A stretch of DNA of 64,000 nucleotides. Source: Nitrososphaerota archaeon (GTDB lineage: Archaea; Thermoproteota; Nitrososphaeria_A; Caldarchaeales; Calditenuaceae). The stretch spans positions 1,248,001 to 1,312,000 of the forward strand of contig JBEPYO010000001.1 of assembly GCA_041641295.1 (NCBI GenBank), written 5' to 3'. The notes under the pieces are model-generated. The model ran no database searches. It saw only the letters and a program-made list of their open reading frames with translations, and had not been told where the DNA came from. A program made the translations under genes and the position numbers. Position 1 is the first letter of the stretch. Every line of letters starts with the position of its first letter. Of the stretch, positions 17,228 to 27,106 are shown in pieces.

Positions 17228-19987
17228 CTAAGCGGCGGCCTTTTCGCTAAGAATCTTCCTTACAACGTAGGGGAGAATGCCTCCATGCTTATAGTACTCT
17301 ATCTCTATTGGTGTGTCGAGTCTGAGTATTGTCTCGAATGTAATGGAGGTCCCATCTCCCCGCCGCGCAGTAACTCTGACACGCTTCCTCGGCTGTAGCT
17401 GGCCTATCTCAATATCGTAGACCTCGGAGCCCGTGAGGCCAAGGCTCCTCCAGCTGACGCCGTCCAAGAATTGGAGAGGAAGCACCCCCATACCCACCAA
17501 GTTGCTCCTGTGAATCCTCTCGAAACTCTCAGCTATCACAGCCCTAACGCCGAGAAGCCTAACACCCTTTGCGGCCCAGTCCCTCGAACTCCCGGCCCCA
17601 TACTGCTTCCCCGCGATGATTATCAGCGGCACCCCCTCCTCCCTATACTTCATAGCCGCGTCGTAGACAGTCATCTTGGTCCCGTCGGGATAGTGTATTG
17701 TCCACCACCCCTCACCATCCGGTAGAAGGTAGTTTCTTAGACGGTGGTTTGCGAGGGTCCCACGAATCATGACCTCGTGATTCCCCCTCCTCGAGCCATA
17801 AGTGTTGAAGTCTGTGGGATCTACTCCTAGGCTCTTCAGGTAGAGTCCAGCGGGGCTGTTGGGGGGTATTGCACCGGCTGGTGAGATGTGGTCTGTCGTT
17901 ACGCGGTCTCCGAGGAGGACTAGTACGCGCGCGCCCCTTATGTCGCCTGGCGGGGTGGGCTCCCTCTGGAAGTTTTCGAAGTATGGGGGCTTCCTGATGT
18001 ATGTGGAGGTGGGGTCCCAGTTATAGGTGGGGCTCTGCGGCGCTTTCAGCTCCTCCCACTCGCCAACGCCGCTAAATATCTCGCCATACCTTTTCCTGAA
18101 CATCTCTGTCCTGATGCTCGACTCCATTATTCTTCTAATCTCATGCCTGTCCGGCCAAATATCCTTCAGGAAGACTGGCCTGCCGTCTCTGCCCACTCCG
18201 AGTGGCTCTGAGTAAAAGTCAACATCTATCCTACCGGCCAGCGCATACGCCACAACCAGTATGGGCGAGGTCAGGAAGCTTGCCTTGACAGAGGGGTGTA
18301 TCCTACCCTCAAAATTCCTGTTACCACTCAGTACTGCCACTGTGAAGAGGTCTCTCTTCTTTATCTCTGCCTCAACCTCCGGGAGTAGCGGTCCACTGTT
18401 TCCAATGCAGGTGGTGCATCCATAGCCCACAACCTCGAACCCGAGCTCGGCCAAATAGGGAAGGAGACCGGCCGCCTCGAGATAATCAGTAACGACTGCG
18501 GAGCCTGGTGCGAGGCTGGTCTTCACATAGGGCTTCCGTCTCAGCCCCTTCTGGACAGCGTTCCTAGCGAGTAGGCCCGCGCCTATCATGACCTCGGGGT
18601 TGGAGGTGTTTGTGCAGCTGGTTATCGCGGCTATCACTACCGCACCATCTGAGATCTCTATCTCTTCGCCACCAATCCTAACCCTCCCAGCCATACCACC
18701 AGATACGGGGTGGGTGCCACTCGACCCTCCCTCACTATGCCAGACCCCCAGCCGATTCTCAGAAGCAGCTATAACCGGTTTAGCCTTCCTCAAAATATCC
18801 AGCACAATCTTCTTCGCCTCCCTAAGCCTTATCCTGTCCTCCGGGTTTGCGGGCCCGGCTATGGAGGGCTCTATCGCGCTCAAATCAATCTCAACGACAT
18901 CGCTATACCTAGCCCCACGTTCGTAGTCCGTTGTGAAGAGGCCCTGAAGCTCAGTATAGCGTCTGACCAGTTGTATGTGTGCCTCATCCCTCCCAGTCAT
19001 CCTAAGGTAGCTGAGTGTTTGCTCGTCTATGGGGAAGAGGCCTACAGTTGCGCCGTACTCGGGGGCCATGTTTGAGACCGTGGCCCTGTCGGGGACGCTC
19101 AGCTTAGCCACTCCGGGGCCGAAAAACTCGACGAACTTGCCGACCACGCCTTTCCGCCTAAGTGTCTCCGTCACAGTCAGCACGAGATCTGTGGCTGTGG
19201 CTGGGGGCTGAAGCTCACCGACTAGCCGTACTCCAACGACCTCAGGGACGCTCATGTAGTAGGGCTGGCCAAGCATGACTGCCTCAGCCTCAATCCCTCC
19301 AACCCCCCAGCCCAAGACCCCGAGGCCATTTACCATGGGTGTGTGCGAGTCTGTTCCCAGAAGTGTGTCGGGGTAGGCCGCCAGCCCGTCGGCCTCCTTT
19401 CTAACCTCCACTACTCTAGCCAAGCTCTCAAGATTGACCTGATGGACAATCCCCCTCCCAGGAGGAACAACATAAAAGTTCTTGAACGCGTTTTGAGCCC
19501 ACTTCAGTAGCACATATCTCTCCCTGTTCCTCGCGAACTCTAGCGCGAGGTTCTTCCAGTAGGCATCCTTCACCCCGAAGTAGTCAACCTGGATTGAGTG
19601 GTCGACGACTAGGTGTGTCGGTATTGTTGGATTGACCCGTGAAGCGTCTCCGCCGAGACTGTGAACCACCTCCCGCATCGCGGCAAGATCGACGATTAGT
19701 GGGACTCCGGTGAAGTCTTGTAATAGGACGCGAGATGGCATAAACGGTATCTCCGAATCGCCCCCAGCCCTACCCTCACCTACAGCCTTCACGTCATCGA
19801 GAGAAGCTATCCCCGCGCCAGCACTCCTAGCAACATTCTCCAGAAGAATCTTCAGGCTCAACGGCATAGTGTCCAAGCTCTTAGCCAGACCAACTTCCTC
19901 GAGCATGGAAAGACTGTAATAGTAAGCCTCACCTAACGGCGTAGGTATACTCTTCCTAACCTCCCTGATCTCCTTCCTAGAACTCAT
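17228..19987 (-). CDS. acnA: Aconitate hydratase A
   Basis: LQDFTGVP, DSHT, AITSCTNTSNP, GYGCTTCIGNSG and GSSRDWAAKG motifs. Confidence 0.97.
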   Translation of the reverse strand: MSSRKEIREVRKSIPTPLGEAYYYSLSMLEEVGLAKSLDTMPLSLKILLENVARSAGAGIASLDDVKAVGEGRAGGDSEIPFMPSRVLLQDFTGVPLIVDLAAMREVVHSLGGDASRVNPTIPTHLVVDHSIQVDYFGVKDAYWKNLALEFARNRERYVLLKWAQNAFKNFYVVPPGRGIVHQVNLESLARVVEVRKEADGLAAYPDTLLGTDSHTPMVNGLGVLGWGVGGIEAEAVMLGQPYYMSVPEVVGVRLVGELQPPATATDLVLTVTETLRRKGVVGKFVEFFGPGVAKLSVPDRATVSNMAPEYGATVGLFPIDEQTLSYLRMTGRDEAHIQLVRRYTELQGLFTTDYERGARYSDVVEIDLSAIEPSIAGPANPEDRIRLREAKKIVLDILRKAKPVIAASENRLGVWHSEGGSSGTHPVSGGMAGRVRIGGEEIEISDGAVVIAAITSCTNTSNPEVMIGAGLLARNAVQKGLRRKPYVKTSLAPGSAVVTDYLEAAGLLPYLAELGFEVVGYGCTTCIGNSGPLLPEVEAEIKKRDLFTVAVLSGNRNFEGRIHPSVKASFLTSPILVVAYALAGRIDVDFYSEPLGVGRDGRPVFLKDIWPDRHEIRRIMESSIRTEMFRKRYGEIFSGVGEWEELKAPQSPTYNWDPTSTYIRKPPYFENFQREPTPPGDIRGARVLVLLGDRVTTDHISPAGAIPPNSPAGLYLKSLGVDPTDFNTYGSRRGNHEVMIRGTLANHRLRNYLLPDGEGWWTIHYPDGTKMTVYDAAMKYREEGVPLIIIAGKQYGAGSSRDWAAKGVRLLGVRAVIAESFERIHRSNLVGMGVLPLQFLDGVSWRSLGLTGSEVYDIEIGQLQPRKRVRVTARRGDGTSITFETILRLDTPIEIEYYKHGGILPYVVRKILSEKAAA

Positions 19988-20046
19988 GCTTCTGTCTCGT
20001 GCAGAGATTGACTAGCTGGGTTTTTAACCTTGGTTTTAAACCCGGC

Positions 20047-20568
20047 TTAAATGCGCGCTACATGCACCATGTGGGGCAGCTCCGGCCCTATCAGCTTGAG
20101 GGCCGTCTCCACCGCCTCGGGGGAGCCGGGCAGGGCGAGTATTATGGAGCCTGAGATAACGCCGGCGAGGCATCTCGAAAGCGCGGCGTGAAACCCTATC
20201 CTCTTATAGCTTTCAAGCCTGAAGATCTCTCCCACACCCTCAATCTCCTTCTCTAGGAGGGGTCTCACAGCCTCTACGCTAACGTCTCTCCTCGATATGC
20301 CCGTCCCGCCTATCACCGCCACTACATCGTAGCCCTCAGCCAATGCTTGGGCTAGCTTAGCCCTTATGCCTAGTATCTCGTCGCCAACAAGGCCTAGGTG
20401 CTCAACCTCATGGCCCAGCTCCTCCAAAACCCTTCGCGCCACCTCTGATGAATCATCCACGTACGGCTCACCCCTCACCATAGCCTGATAGCGAGAGGTG
20501 CTAGACCTTATGATCGCTATTCTAAGCCTCTTCGGTGCCGCTGATCTATGCGACTCCGCGGCAGACAC
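20047..20568 (-). CDS. moaB: Molybdopterin adenylyltransferase, MoaB/MogA family
   Basis: GGTGISRRDVSVEA, G.GEIFR and LPGSP motifs. Confidence 0.88.
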   Translation of the reverse strand: MSAAESHRSAAPKRLRIAIIRSSTSRYQAMVRGEPYVDDSSEVARRVLEELGHEVEHLGLVGDEILGIRAKLAQALAEGYDVVAVIGGTGISRRDVSVEAVRPLLEKEIEGVGEIFRLESYKRIGFHAALSRCLAGVISGSIILALPGSPEAVETALKLIGPELPHMVHVARI

Positions 20569-20691
20569 AAATGTATCACATCGAGGGCGAGTAATAAGAG
20601 TAGAGTGGTGCTGCTCTGCCGAACACCGGTTTGGATATTGTGTTGGATTATGGTTTATATCCTGCCTGGGTGGATTCTCGTCAGGTGATCT

Positions 20692-21921
20692 GTGCTATCC
20701 GAGGCAGAAGTATTCCTGAGATGTAGGGAGTGCGGAAAACCCTTCGGCCATATACTGGCACATGTGTGCGATGAATGCTTTGGAGCCCTCGAAGCAGCGT
20801 ACAGCCCGGACAGGCACTCGGTAAGCAGAGCTGTGATAGAGGCGCGGCCACCGTCTATGTGGAGGTACTGGGAGTTTCTACCCCTCCTCGACGCATCCAA
20901 GAAGGTCGACATAGGCGCCGGCTACACTCCACTTGTGAGGGCCGAGCGACTCGCAAAAAAGCTGGGTGTCACAAATCTCTACATAAAGAATGACACCCTA
21001 AACCCCACCTTCAGTTTTAAGGATAGGCCTTCGAGCTTGGCAGTCTCAAAGGCTAGGGAGTTTGGCATAGGCGCTGTTGGGTGTGCCTCCACTGGCAACC
21101 TAGCTGGGGCGACGGCCGCGCACGCAGCAGCCGCAGGGCTCCCATGCTATGTCTTCATGCCCAGCAGCGTTGAGAGGACCAAGATTAAACAGGCCGCACT
21201 CTATGGCGCTGAGATACTCCTAGTACAGGGGACCTATGACGACGCCAACAGGCTCGCAGCGCTCGCGGCTGACAGGCTTGGCATCGGCATCGTCAACGTG
21301 AATCTGAGGCCGTATTATGTGGAGGGCTCGAAGACGATGGGCTTGGAGATCGTTGAGCAGCTGGGCTGGCGGACGCCTGACAGGATTATAGTTCCGACGG
21401 CGAGCGGAGCCCTACTCTCCGCGATATTCAAGGGTATCGTTGAGGCGGAGCAGGCAGGCCTGATACGTGATAGCAGTGTAGCCATGACCTGTGCACAGCC
21501 GCTTGGATGTTCTCCGATTGTGAAAGCCTTCAGGGAGAGGAGCGACCGTATAGAGCCTGTCAGGCACCCCGACACTATCGTGCAGAGCCTCGCCATCGGC
21601 GACCCGGGAGACGGCTACCAGGCCCTAAAGGTGTTGAGGGAGAGCGGAGGGACCGCAGTCGCATTGACCGATGACGAGTGCCTAGAGGCTGTCCAGCTGC
21701 TTGCATCCACTGAAGGCATCTTTGCAGAGCCTGGCGGCGCCATATCAGTCGCAGCCCTCAAGAAACTCCTAGAGCTGGGAGAGATTGGGAGGGATGAGGA
21801 GGTAGTCTGCTGCGTAACAGGTACCGGACTAAAGACAGTTGAACTCCAGCCAGAGCCCAACCGTGTTAGAATCATACCTCCCACACTCGAAGGTGTTAAA
21901 AAGGCTCTAAACCTGCAGTAG
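20692..21921 (+). CDS. thrC: Threonine synthase-family PLP enzyme with N-terminal Zn ribbon
   Basis: CRECG...CDECFG, NPTFSFKDR (PLP Lys), ASTGNLA, EGSKT and TGTGLK motifs. Confidence 0.85.
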   Translation: MLSEAEVFLRCRECGKPFGHILAHVCDECFGALEAAYSPDRHSVSRAVIEARPPSMWRYWEFLPLLDASKKVDIGAGYTPLVRAERLAKKLGVTNLYIKNDTLNPTFSFKDRPSSLAVSKAREFGIGAVGCASTGNLAGATAAHAAAAGLPCYVFMPSSVERTKIKQAALYGAEILLVQGTYDDANRLAALAADRLGIGIVNVNLRPYYVEGSKTMGLEIVEQLGWRTPDRIIVPTASGALLSAIFKGIVEAEQAGLIRDSSVAMTCAQPLGCSPIVKAFRERSDRIEPVRHPDTIVQSLAIGDPGDGYQALKVLRESGGTAVALTDDECLEAVQLLASTEGIFAEPGGAISVAALKKLLELGEIGRDEEVVCCVTGTGLKTVELQPEPNRVRIIPPTLEGVKKALNLQ

Positions 21922-21979
21922 GAGAAGACCAGAAAACCTGTACGGTTTATATCATCCCCTCGCCAGAAATCCTTTAAAG

Positions 21980-22261
21980 ATGTCCCCCAAAGTGAAGGTA
22001 ACGGTTACTGCAGTCCTCGCAAACTATCTCGGGGGTCAGAGGGATTTCATAATAGAGGCCGACTCTGTCAGAGCAGTGATAGAGGAGCTGGCAAAGAAGT
22101 ACGGGTCAGAGATTAGGAGGAGACTGCTTGACGACAAGGGCCGGCTCAGAAGATACATCAACATCTATGTGAATGATAGAGGGCTGAGCCACCAAGAGCT
22201 GGACACCAAGCTTCAGGAAGGCGACGAGGTCCTAATTCTTCCAGCCGTAAGTGGCGGATAG
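21980..22261 (+). CDS. MoaD/ThiS/CysO-type ubiquitin-like sulfur carrier (SAMP-like)
   Basis: Beta-grasp pattern YINIYVND...GDEVLILPAVSGG with C-terminal Gly-Gly. Confidence 0.92.
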   Translation: MSPKVKVTVTAVLANYLGGQRDFIIEADSVRAVIEELAKKYGSEIRRRLLDDKGRLRRYINIYVNDRGLSHQELDTKLQEGDEVLILPAVSGG

Positions 22262-22263
22262 GC

Positions 22264-22665
22264 ATGAAACCCTTGAAGGCGCTACCCCCCCTACTAGCCA
22301 TTGGCCTACTCGTACAGATCGCGCTGGGGGAGATGGGGCTTGCAGCGAGGGCGCTAAGAGACTTGCATGCGGCCATCGGTTTAGCGGGTGTGGTGTTGAC
22401 AGCCTACGCGCTCCTCGCTGCGCGAGGAGTACGCGCATCCCTCTTGTATCTAACCGCACTTTTCATACTTGTCTTGATTCAATCGATACTTGGGCTAGTT
22501 CTCTTCGGAATATTTAGGGTTGATTTGGAGCTGTTCGAGCTCGTGGAGATGATTCACAGGTATAATGCATATTTGATGCTTGTGGTAGGGCTGGTCGGCG
22601 GGATGGCTGTTGCTGTGGTGAGGAGAAGGGTCAGCTCAGCTGATACTGTCGCGAAGAGCGGATAA
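22264..22665 (+). CDS. Hypothetical four-TM membrane protein
   Basis: Four hydrophobic segments and two His (DLHAAIG, MIHRYNA); starts 2 nt after the sulfur-carrier stop codon. Confidence 0.7.
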   Translation: MKPLKALPPLLAIGLLVQIALGEMGLAARALRDLHAAIGLAGVVLTAYALLAARGVRASLLYLTALFILVLIQSILGLVLFGIFRVDLELFELVEMIHRYNAYLMLVVGLVGGMAVAVVRRRVSSADTVAKSG

Positions 22666-23379
22666 TTTAGAGGCTAGGCTGGTAAGCAGCTCGTCGATGA
22701 ACTGGTTCACAGCTTCCACGTACTGCTGGTAGCTGGGTGGAAGGGATAATAGCCACTGTACTATCTCCTCAGCCGAGGCATTCTCGCCCGGATATCTTTC
22801 TATCCAGTCATAATAGTCGAACAGGCCATTCACATTGTTTATCACCCGGTCCACAGACGGTGTAAGTGCGGGCTCGAATGATGCTACAAGCCCCTTTATG
22901 TCGAGCCAGTAGTTCATCGTGGCGTTCCTGTCCGGGCCCAGAGCCTCTACACCCCTCAGCTGGTTTAGGATCGGTATTGCCTGTGATACAGTTCTCACTT
23001 GTGTTTCTACACGCTGCATCCGTGCTTCAACACTGCTTAGCCTCCTTGACAGGTCTGAATTACTTCTTCTCAAATTCTCGAGTTCGCTTGAGAGTGTTGT
23101 TTGAAGTGCTGCTAGGCGCTCCTCGCTCTCTGAGAGCATTCTCTTTGTCTCGCTTAAAAGCGCCTCTAACCTGTCCACGTTGTTAAGGGCGGAGTTGAGT
23201 TCTGACTGTTTTGAGGCCAGCTCTGCCTCCAGCTGTCTGATCCTCTCCCGCTCACCTGCAAGAAGCTTCTCTGACTCGAGGGCTGTAGTGTATGTGCCGT
23301 AGCTCATGCCAGCCACAAAGCTCGAGATAGCGACAGCAGCCACGACGACGGCGACAACCAACGCTCTATACAATTGCAT
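22636..23379 (-). CDS. Membrane-anchored coiled-coil hypothetical protein
   Basis: N-terminal hydrophobic helix, about 100 aa of heptad repeats, then a helical C-terminal domain. Confidence 0.75.
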   Translation of the reverse strand: MQLYRALVVAVVVAAVAISSFVAGMSYGTYTTALESEKLLAGERERIRQLEAELASKQSELNSALNNVDRLEALLSETKRMLSESEERLAALQTTLSSELENLRRSNSDLSRRLSSVEARMQRVETQVRTVSQAIPILNQLRGVEALGPDRNATMNYWLDIKGLVASFEPALTPSVDRVINNVNGLFDYYDWIERYPGENASAEEIVQWLLSLPPSYQQYVEAVNQFIDELLTSLASKLSALRDSIS

Positions 23380-23441
23380 GACACATAGAGCGCGCTGCTA
23401 ACTAATAAGTAATATCTAAATCTCCCAGATCGTTTTAACGG

Positions 23442-24407
23442 CTACCCTGTACCCCTCTCCTGCATCCGCAGCTCAAGCGTCTTCAGGTCAAGCCCAGCCA
23501 TAGCCTTGGTCTCATCGACCATCCTCTGAGCCTCCGCAACTATGTCAGGCCTGTCCCAGTAAGTGGTTGCCAGGACTATGGCTTCAGCCCTCGCCCTCGG
23601 GTCTGACGACTTGAATATGCCTGAGCCAACGAACACGCCGTCACACCCTAGACTCATCATTAGGGCGGCGTCGGCCGGTGTTGCTATCCCTCCGGCGGCG
23701 AAGTTCACCACGGGGAGCCTCTTAAGCCTTGCAGTCTCGAGGACCAGCTCGTATGATACGCGAAGCTCGCGGGCAGCCCTTATAAGCTCCTGCTCATCAC
23801 CCTCCTCATACAGAATTGCGATTTTTCTCAGCTCGTTGTTCAGAATCCTGACGTGCTTCACAGCTTCCGCAACGTTTCCAGTCCCAGGCTCACCTTTCGT
23901 CCTAATCATCGAAGCACCCTCCTCAATCCTGCGCAGAGCCTCTCCCAAGTCGCGGGCACCACAGACGAATGGTGTTGTGAAATCCCATTTCCATATGTGC
24001 CTCTCCTCGTCTGCCGGTGTTAAGACCTCCGACTCGTCGATCATGTCTACTCCCGCCTCCTCGAGGACCCTGGCCTCCCAGGTGTGTCCGATTCTGCACT
24101 TAGCCATGACAGGGATAGTAACGTGGTCCAACACCTCCTCGATCACTTTGAGGCTTGCAGTTCTCGCCACGCCCCCCGCTTTCCTCACATCGTATGGCAG
24201 CTTGTCCAGCACCATAACTCCGACTGCACCAGCGTCCTCCGCTATCTGAGCCTGCTCAACGTTTGTAACATCCATGACGACGCCGTGTTTAAGCATGTGG
24301 GCGAACCCTCTCTTCACTAGGGTGGAGCCCCGCTTGACGGATAATCCCTCGTAAACCTCTATCCGGAGCCCCGGAGCTTCCCTATGGCTGAGGGTGAGAG
24401 AGATCAA
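23442..24407 (-). CDS. pdxS: Pyridoxal 5'-phosphate synthase lyase subunit
   Basis: [29 protein letters not shown] and [12 protein letters not shown] motifs. Confidence 0.97.
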   Translation of the reverse strand: MISLTLSHREAPGLRIEVYEGLSVKRGSTLVKRGFAHMLKHGVVMDVTNVEQAQIAEDAGAVGVMVLDKLPYDVRKAGGVARTASLKVIEEVLDHVTIPVMAKCRIGHTWEARVLEEAGVDMIDESEVLTPADEERHIWKWDFTTPFVCGARDLGEALRRIEEGASMIRTKGEPGTGNVAEAVKHVRILNNELRKIAILYEEGDEQELIRAARELRVSYELVLETARLKRLPVVNFAAGGIATPADAALMMSLGCDGVFVGSGIFKSSDPRARAEAIVLATTYWDRPDIVAEAQRMVDETKAMAGLDLKTLELRMQERGTG

Positions 24408-24506
24408 GTCCGATGGTAGAACCGCTCCTACGATATATAAACCAATCGCGTCACTAGGAGTTTAGGGGGATAGATATTTCATAGAGGGGTATGCGGGATT
24501 GGGTGG

Positions 24507-26174
24507 ATGCGTTTAGGAAGGGTGAGGCTGTTAGCTCTGGTCTTCCTAGCTGGGGCTGCCGTGATGGTTATAGAGCTGGCTGGGAGCAGGCTTCTCACAC
24601 CTGTTTTCGGAAGCTCGGTATTCGTGTGGGGTAGCATCATCGGTGTTGTGCTATCCTCTCTCGCAGCTGGCTACTACTTGGGTGGAAGGATCTCCGACCT
24701 TCGGCCTGACCCCCGCCTCCTAGACACGATAGTCTTCACCGCAGGCCTCCTCGCAATCTCAATACCATTTTTCTCGCCTGTAAGTATCGAGGCGGTGTTA
24801 TCGGTTGGGCTGGAGGAGCGGTGGGGGGCGCTGCTCGCGAGCCTAGCCCTCTTGGCCCCATCCAACCTCCTGTTGGGGATGGTGTCGCCATTCGCCGTTA
24901 AGCTGGCTACAAGCGAGTTAAGGTTGCTTGGGAGCAGCGCAGGTTACCTATACGCCGTCTCGACGCTTGGAAGCATATTCGGGACATTTGGGACTGTTTT
25001 CCTCCTGATCCCCGCTTTAGACGTCCGCACGATCTTTCTCGGAGTTGGCTTAGCGTTGATGGCGGTCTCGATGGTGAGGCTCGGTATCTCATCGAAGGTT
25101 ACTTTCGCGGCGATTCTTCTATTCTTACTCTCTCCGCTGGGTCTTGTGGGTGTCCAAGTGGTAGCAGCTTCAGGCGAAGTGGTGGAGGCGAGAGAAACAC
25201 CATACAACAGTCTTGTGGTGGCTAGGAGCAATGACCTCCAAGTCCTATATCTTAATGGGCTCCCACACAGTGGCATGAGTCTTAAAAACCCGAATGAGCT
25301 GGTCTTCACCTACACTAAGTTCTTCGAGGCAGCTCTTGCGCTGAACAGCAGGGCTAATGATGTGCTATTCATAGGTGGAGGAGGGTTCTCTGGCCCAAAA
25401 TACTTCATCAGTAGATATCCCAATATTGCCGTTGAAGTGGTTGAGATAGACCCGGTCGTCGTCGAGGTAGCCAAAAAATACTTCCAAGTCCCCGACGATG
25501 AGCGGCTCATCATCCACGTAGATGATGGCAGGGTTTTTCTGCAGAAGATTGGTAAAAAGTTTGACGCTATCATCATAGACGCATACGCGAAGACCTATAT
25601 CCCATACCATCTGCTGACCCTTGAGTTCTTCAGGCTTGTGAGGGAGAGGTTGGAGAGCGGCGGCGTGGTGGTCAGCAACATCATAGCATCAGTCGCCGGC
25701 GACACTTCAGGGATTCTCTGGTCCACCTATAAGACCATGAGCCTAGTCTTCCCCAAGATCTATGTGGTGAAGGCCTCGGAACACGGAGCTCCACTCGTCC
25801 AGAACATCATACTCATCGCCTGCGCAGAGGAGGACTGCGACCTCCTTGACTCGCTATCCAAGTGGGGAAACAGGGAGCTTGAGACCCTAGTCGCCCGAGG
25901 GCTTTGGAGCAGGCTGCCTGACCTGAGCGAATACAAGATCTTGACTGACGACTACTCGCCCGTCGAGTCTCTGCTAAACCCTGTAACGGGGAAGCCCTAC
26001 TCAGTGGAGCTAGAGTCGGGCGAGTACAGTGTCCCAGCGATACTTATGGGTGGAAGCAACTCACTAGCCTTGGCCGTAGTCACGCTGGCTGCAACATACT
26101 GGTTGGCGTCGCTAGTCTTGGTCATGGCCCCGCGTCGCGAGGTTGGGCGGGGAGAGTATAACTTGGGGGGTTGA
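24507..26174 (+). CDS. Membrane-domain-fused spermidine synthase-like protein
   Basis: About seven N-terminal TM helices, then IGGGGFS, VEIDP, DDGR and IIDAY class I SAM-fold motifs, LTDDYSP and a C-terminal TM helix. Confidence 0.85.
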   Translation: MRLGRVRLLALVFLAGAAVMVIELAGSRLLTPVFGSSVFVWGSIIGVVLSSLAAGYYLGGRISDLRPDPRLLDTIVFTAGLLAISIPFFSPVSIEAVLSVGLEERWGALLASLALLAPSNLLLGMVSPFAVKLATSELRLLGSSAGYLYAVSTLGSIFGTFGTVFLLIPALDVRTIFLGVGLALMAVSMVRLGISSKVTFAAILLFLLSPLGLVGVQVVAASGEVVEARETPYNSLVVARSNDLQVLYLNGLPHSGMSLKNPNELVFTYTKFFEAALALNSRANDVLFIGGGGFSGPKYFISRYPNIAVEVVEIDPVVVEVAKKYFQVPDDERLIIHVDDGRVFLQKIGKKFDAIIIDAYAKTYIPYHLLTLEFFRLVRERLESGGVVVSNIIASVAGDTSGILWSTYKTMSLVFPKIYVVKASEHGAPLVQNIILIACAEEDCDLLDSLSKWGNRELETLVARGLWSRLPDLSEYKILTDDYSPVESLLNPVTGKPYSVELESGEYSVPAILMGGSNSLALAVVTLAATYWLASLVLVMAPRREVGRGEYNLGG

Positions 26175-26179
26175 GCTAG

Positions 26180-27106
26180 ATGGGTGGCTCGGAGGGAATG
26201 GTCTCGGAGCCAGGCCCAGAGGGGTTGGACCGGCTGAGGCAGGCGGGGTCCATTGCTGCCTCTGTCCTCAGGGAGGCTGTCCTAAGGGTTAGGCCGGGAG
26301 TGCGGTCTCTACAGATATGCGAATGGGTTGAAGCCAGGATTAGAGAACTTGGAGCCAGACCGGCTTTCCCCTGCAACATTGGGGTAGACTCCGTTGCAGC
26401 CCACTACACGCCGACCATCGGAGATGACATAGTAATCCCGATGGGCTCACTGGTTAAGCTGGACATAGGGGTGGAGCTTGACGGATATATAGTTGACACG
26501 GCCGTATCCGTAGACCTTAGGAGCCCTTACGGCTATTTGGTGGATGTTGCGCGGGAGGCCCTGAGGAATGCTCTCAGCGTTCTGAGGCATGGCGTCAGGG
26601 TAGGGGAGATTGGGAGCATAGTCTACGAGACGGCCACAAGATACAGGTGTAGACCGATCTCCAACCTCTCGGGACACGAGATTAAGAGATACAACCTACA
26701 CGCGGGGGTCTCGATTCCGAATATCCCGGCTGCTGAGTCGCAAAGGCTTGAGGCAGGCCACATATACGCTATCGAACCCTTCATAACCCTGCAGGATGCT
26801 CCAGGTCTAGTGGTAAACACTAAGACGGTAAATATTTTCTCGCTCAGAGAAGCCTCCGGTAGAGCTAAAGGCCTTAGCCAAGAGGAGCAGGAGGTGCTTA
26901 GAGAGATAAACACAGTCTCGCGGGGGCTTCCATACACTACTAGGTGGCTGAGCGAGAAGGCTGCATCGATTCATCCACGCCTCTACAAGCGAGGATTAGT
27001 CTTCGGCTATCCTGTACTGGTTGAGAAGAGTGGGGCACCGGTCTCACAGGCCGAGCACACGGTCATAATCTATGAGGATGGATGCGAGGTATTGACGTCA
27101 AGCTAG
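26180..27106 (+). CDS. map: Methionine aminopeptidase type II
   Basis: AFPCNI..AAHYTP, KLDIG...GYIVDTA, NLSGH, AIEPF and SQAEHT motifs. Confidence 0.95.
   Translation: MGGSEGMVSEPGPEGLDRLRQAGSIAASVLREAVLRVRPGVRSLQICEWVEARIRELGARPAFPCNIGVDSVAAHYTPTIGDDIVIPMGSLVKLDIGVELDGYIVDTAVSVDLRSPYGYLVDVAREALRNALSVLRHGVRVGEIGSIVYETATRYRCRPISNLSGHEIKRYNLHAGVSIPNIPAAESQRLEAGHIYAIEPFITLQDAPGLVVNTKTVNIFSLREASGRAKGLSQEEQEVLREINTVSRGLPYTTRWLSEKAASIHPRLYKRGLVFGYPVLVEKSGAPVSQAEHTVIIYEDGCEVLTSS

Noticed and set aside
23563-24249. 228-aa plus-strand ORF
   Set aside because: It is an antisense shadow of pdxS; the same applies to most short Ser/Thr/Pro-rich overlapping ORFs in the track.
23442-24407. pdxS without adjacent pdxT
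   Set aside because: Separated pdxS and pdxT genes are not unusual, and absence cannot be judged from one window.
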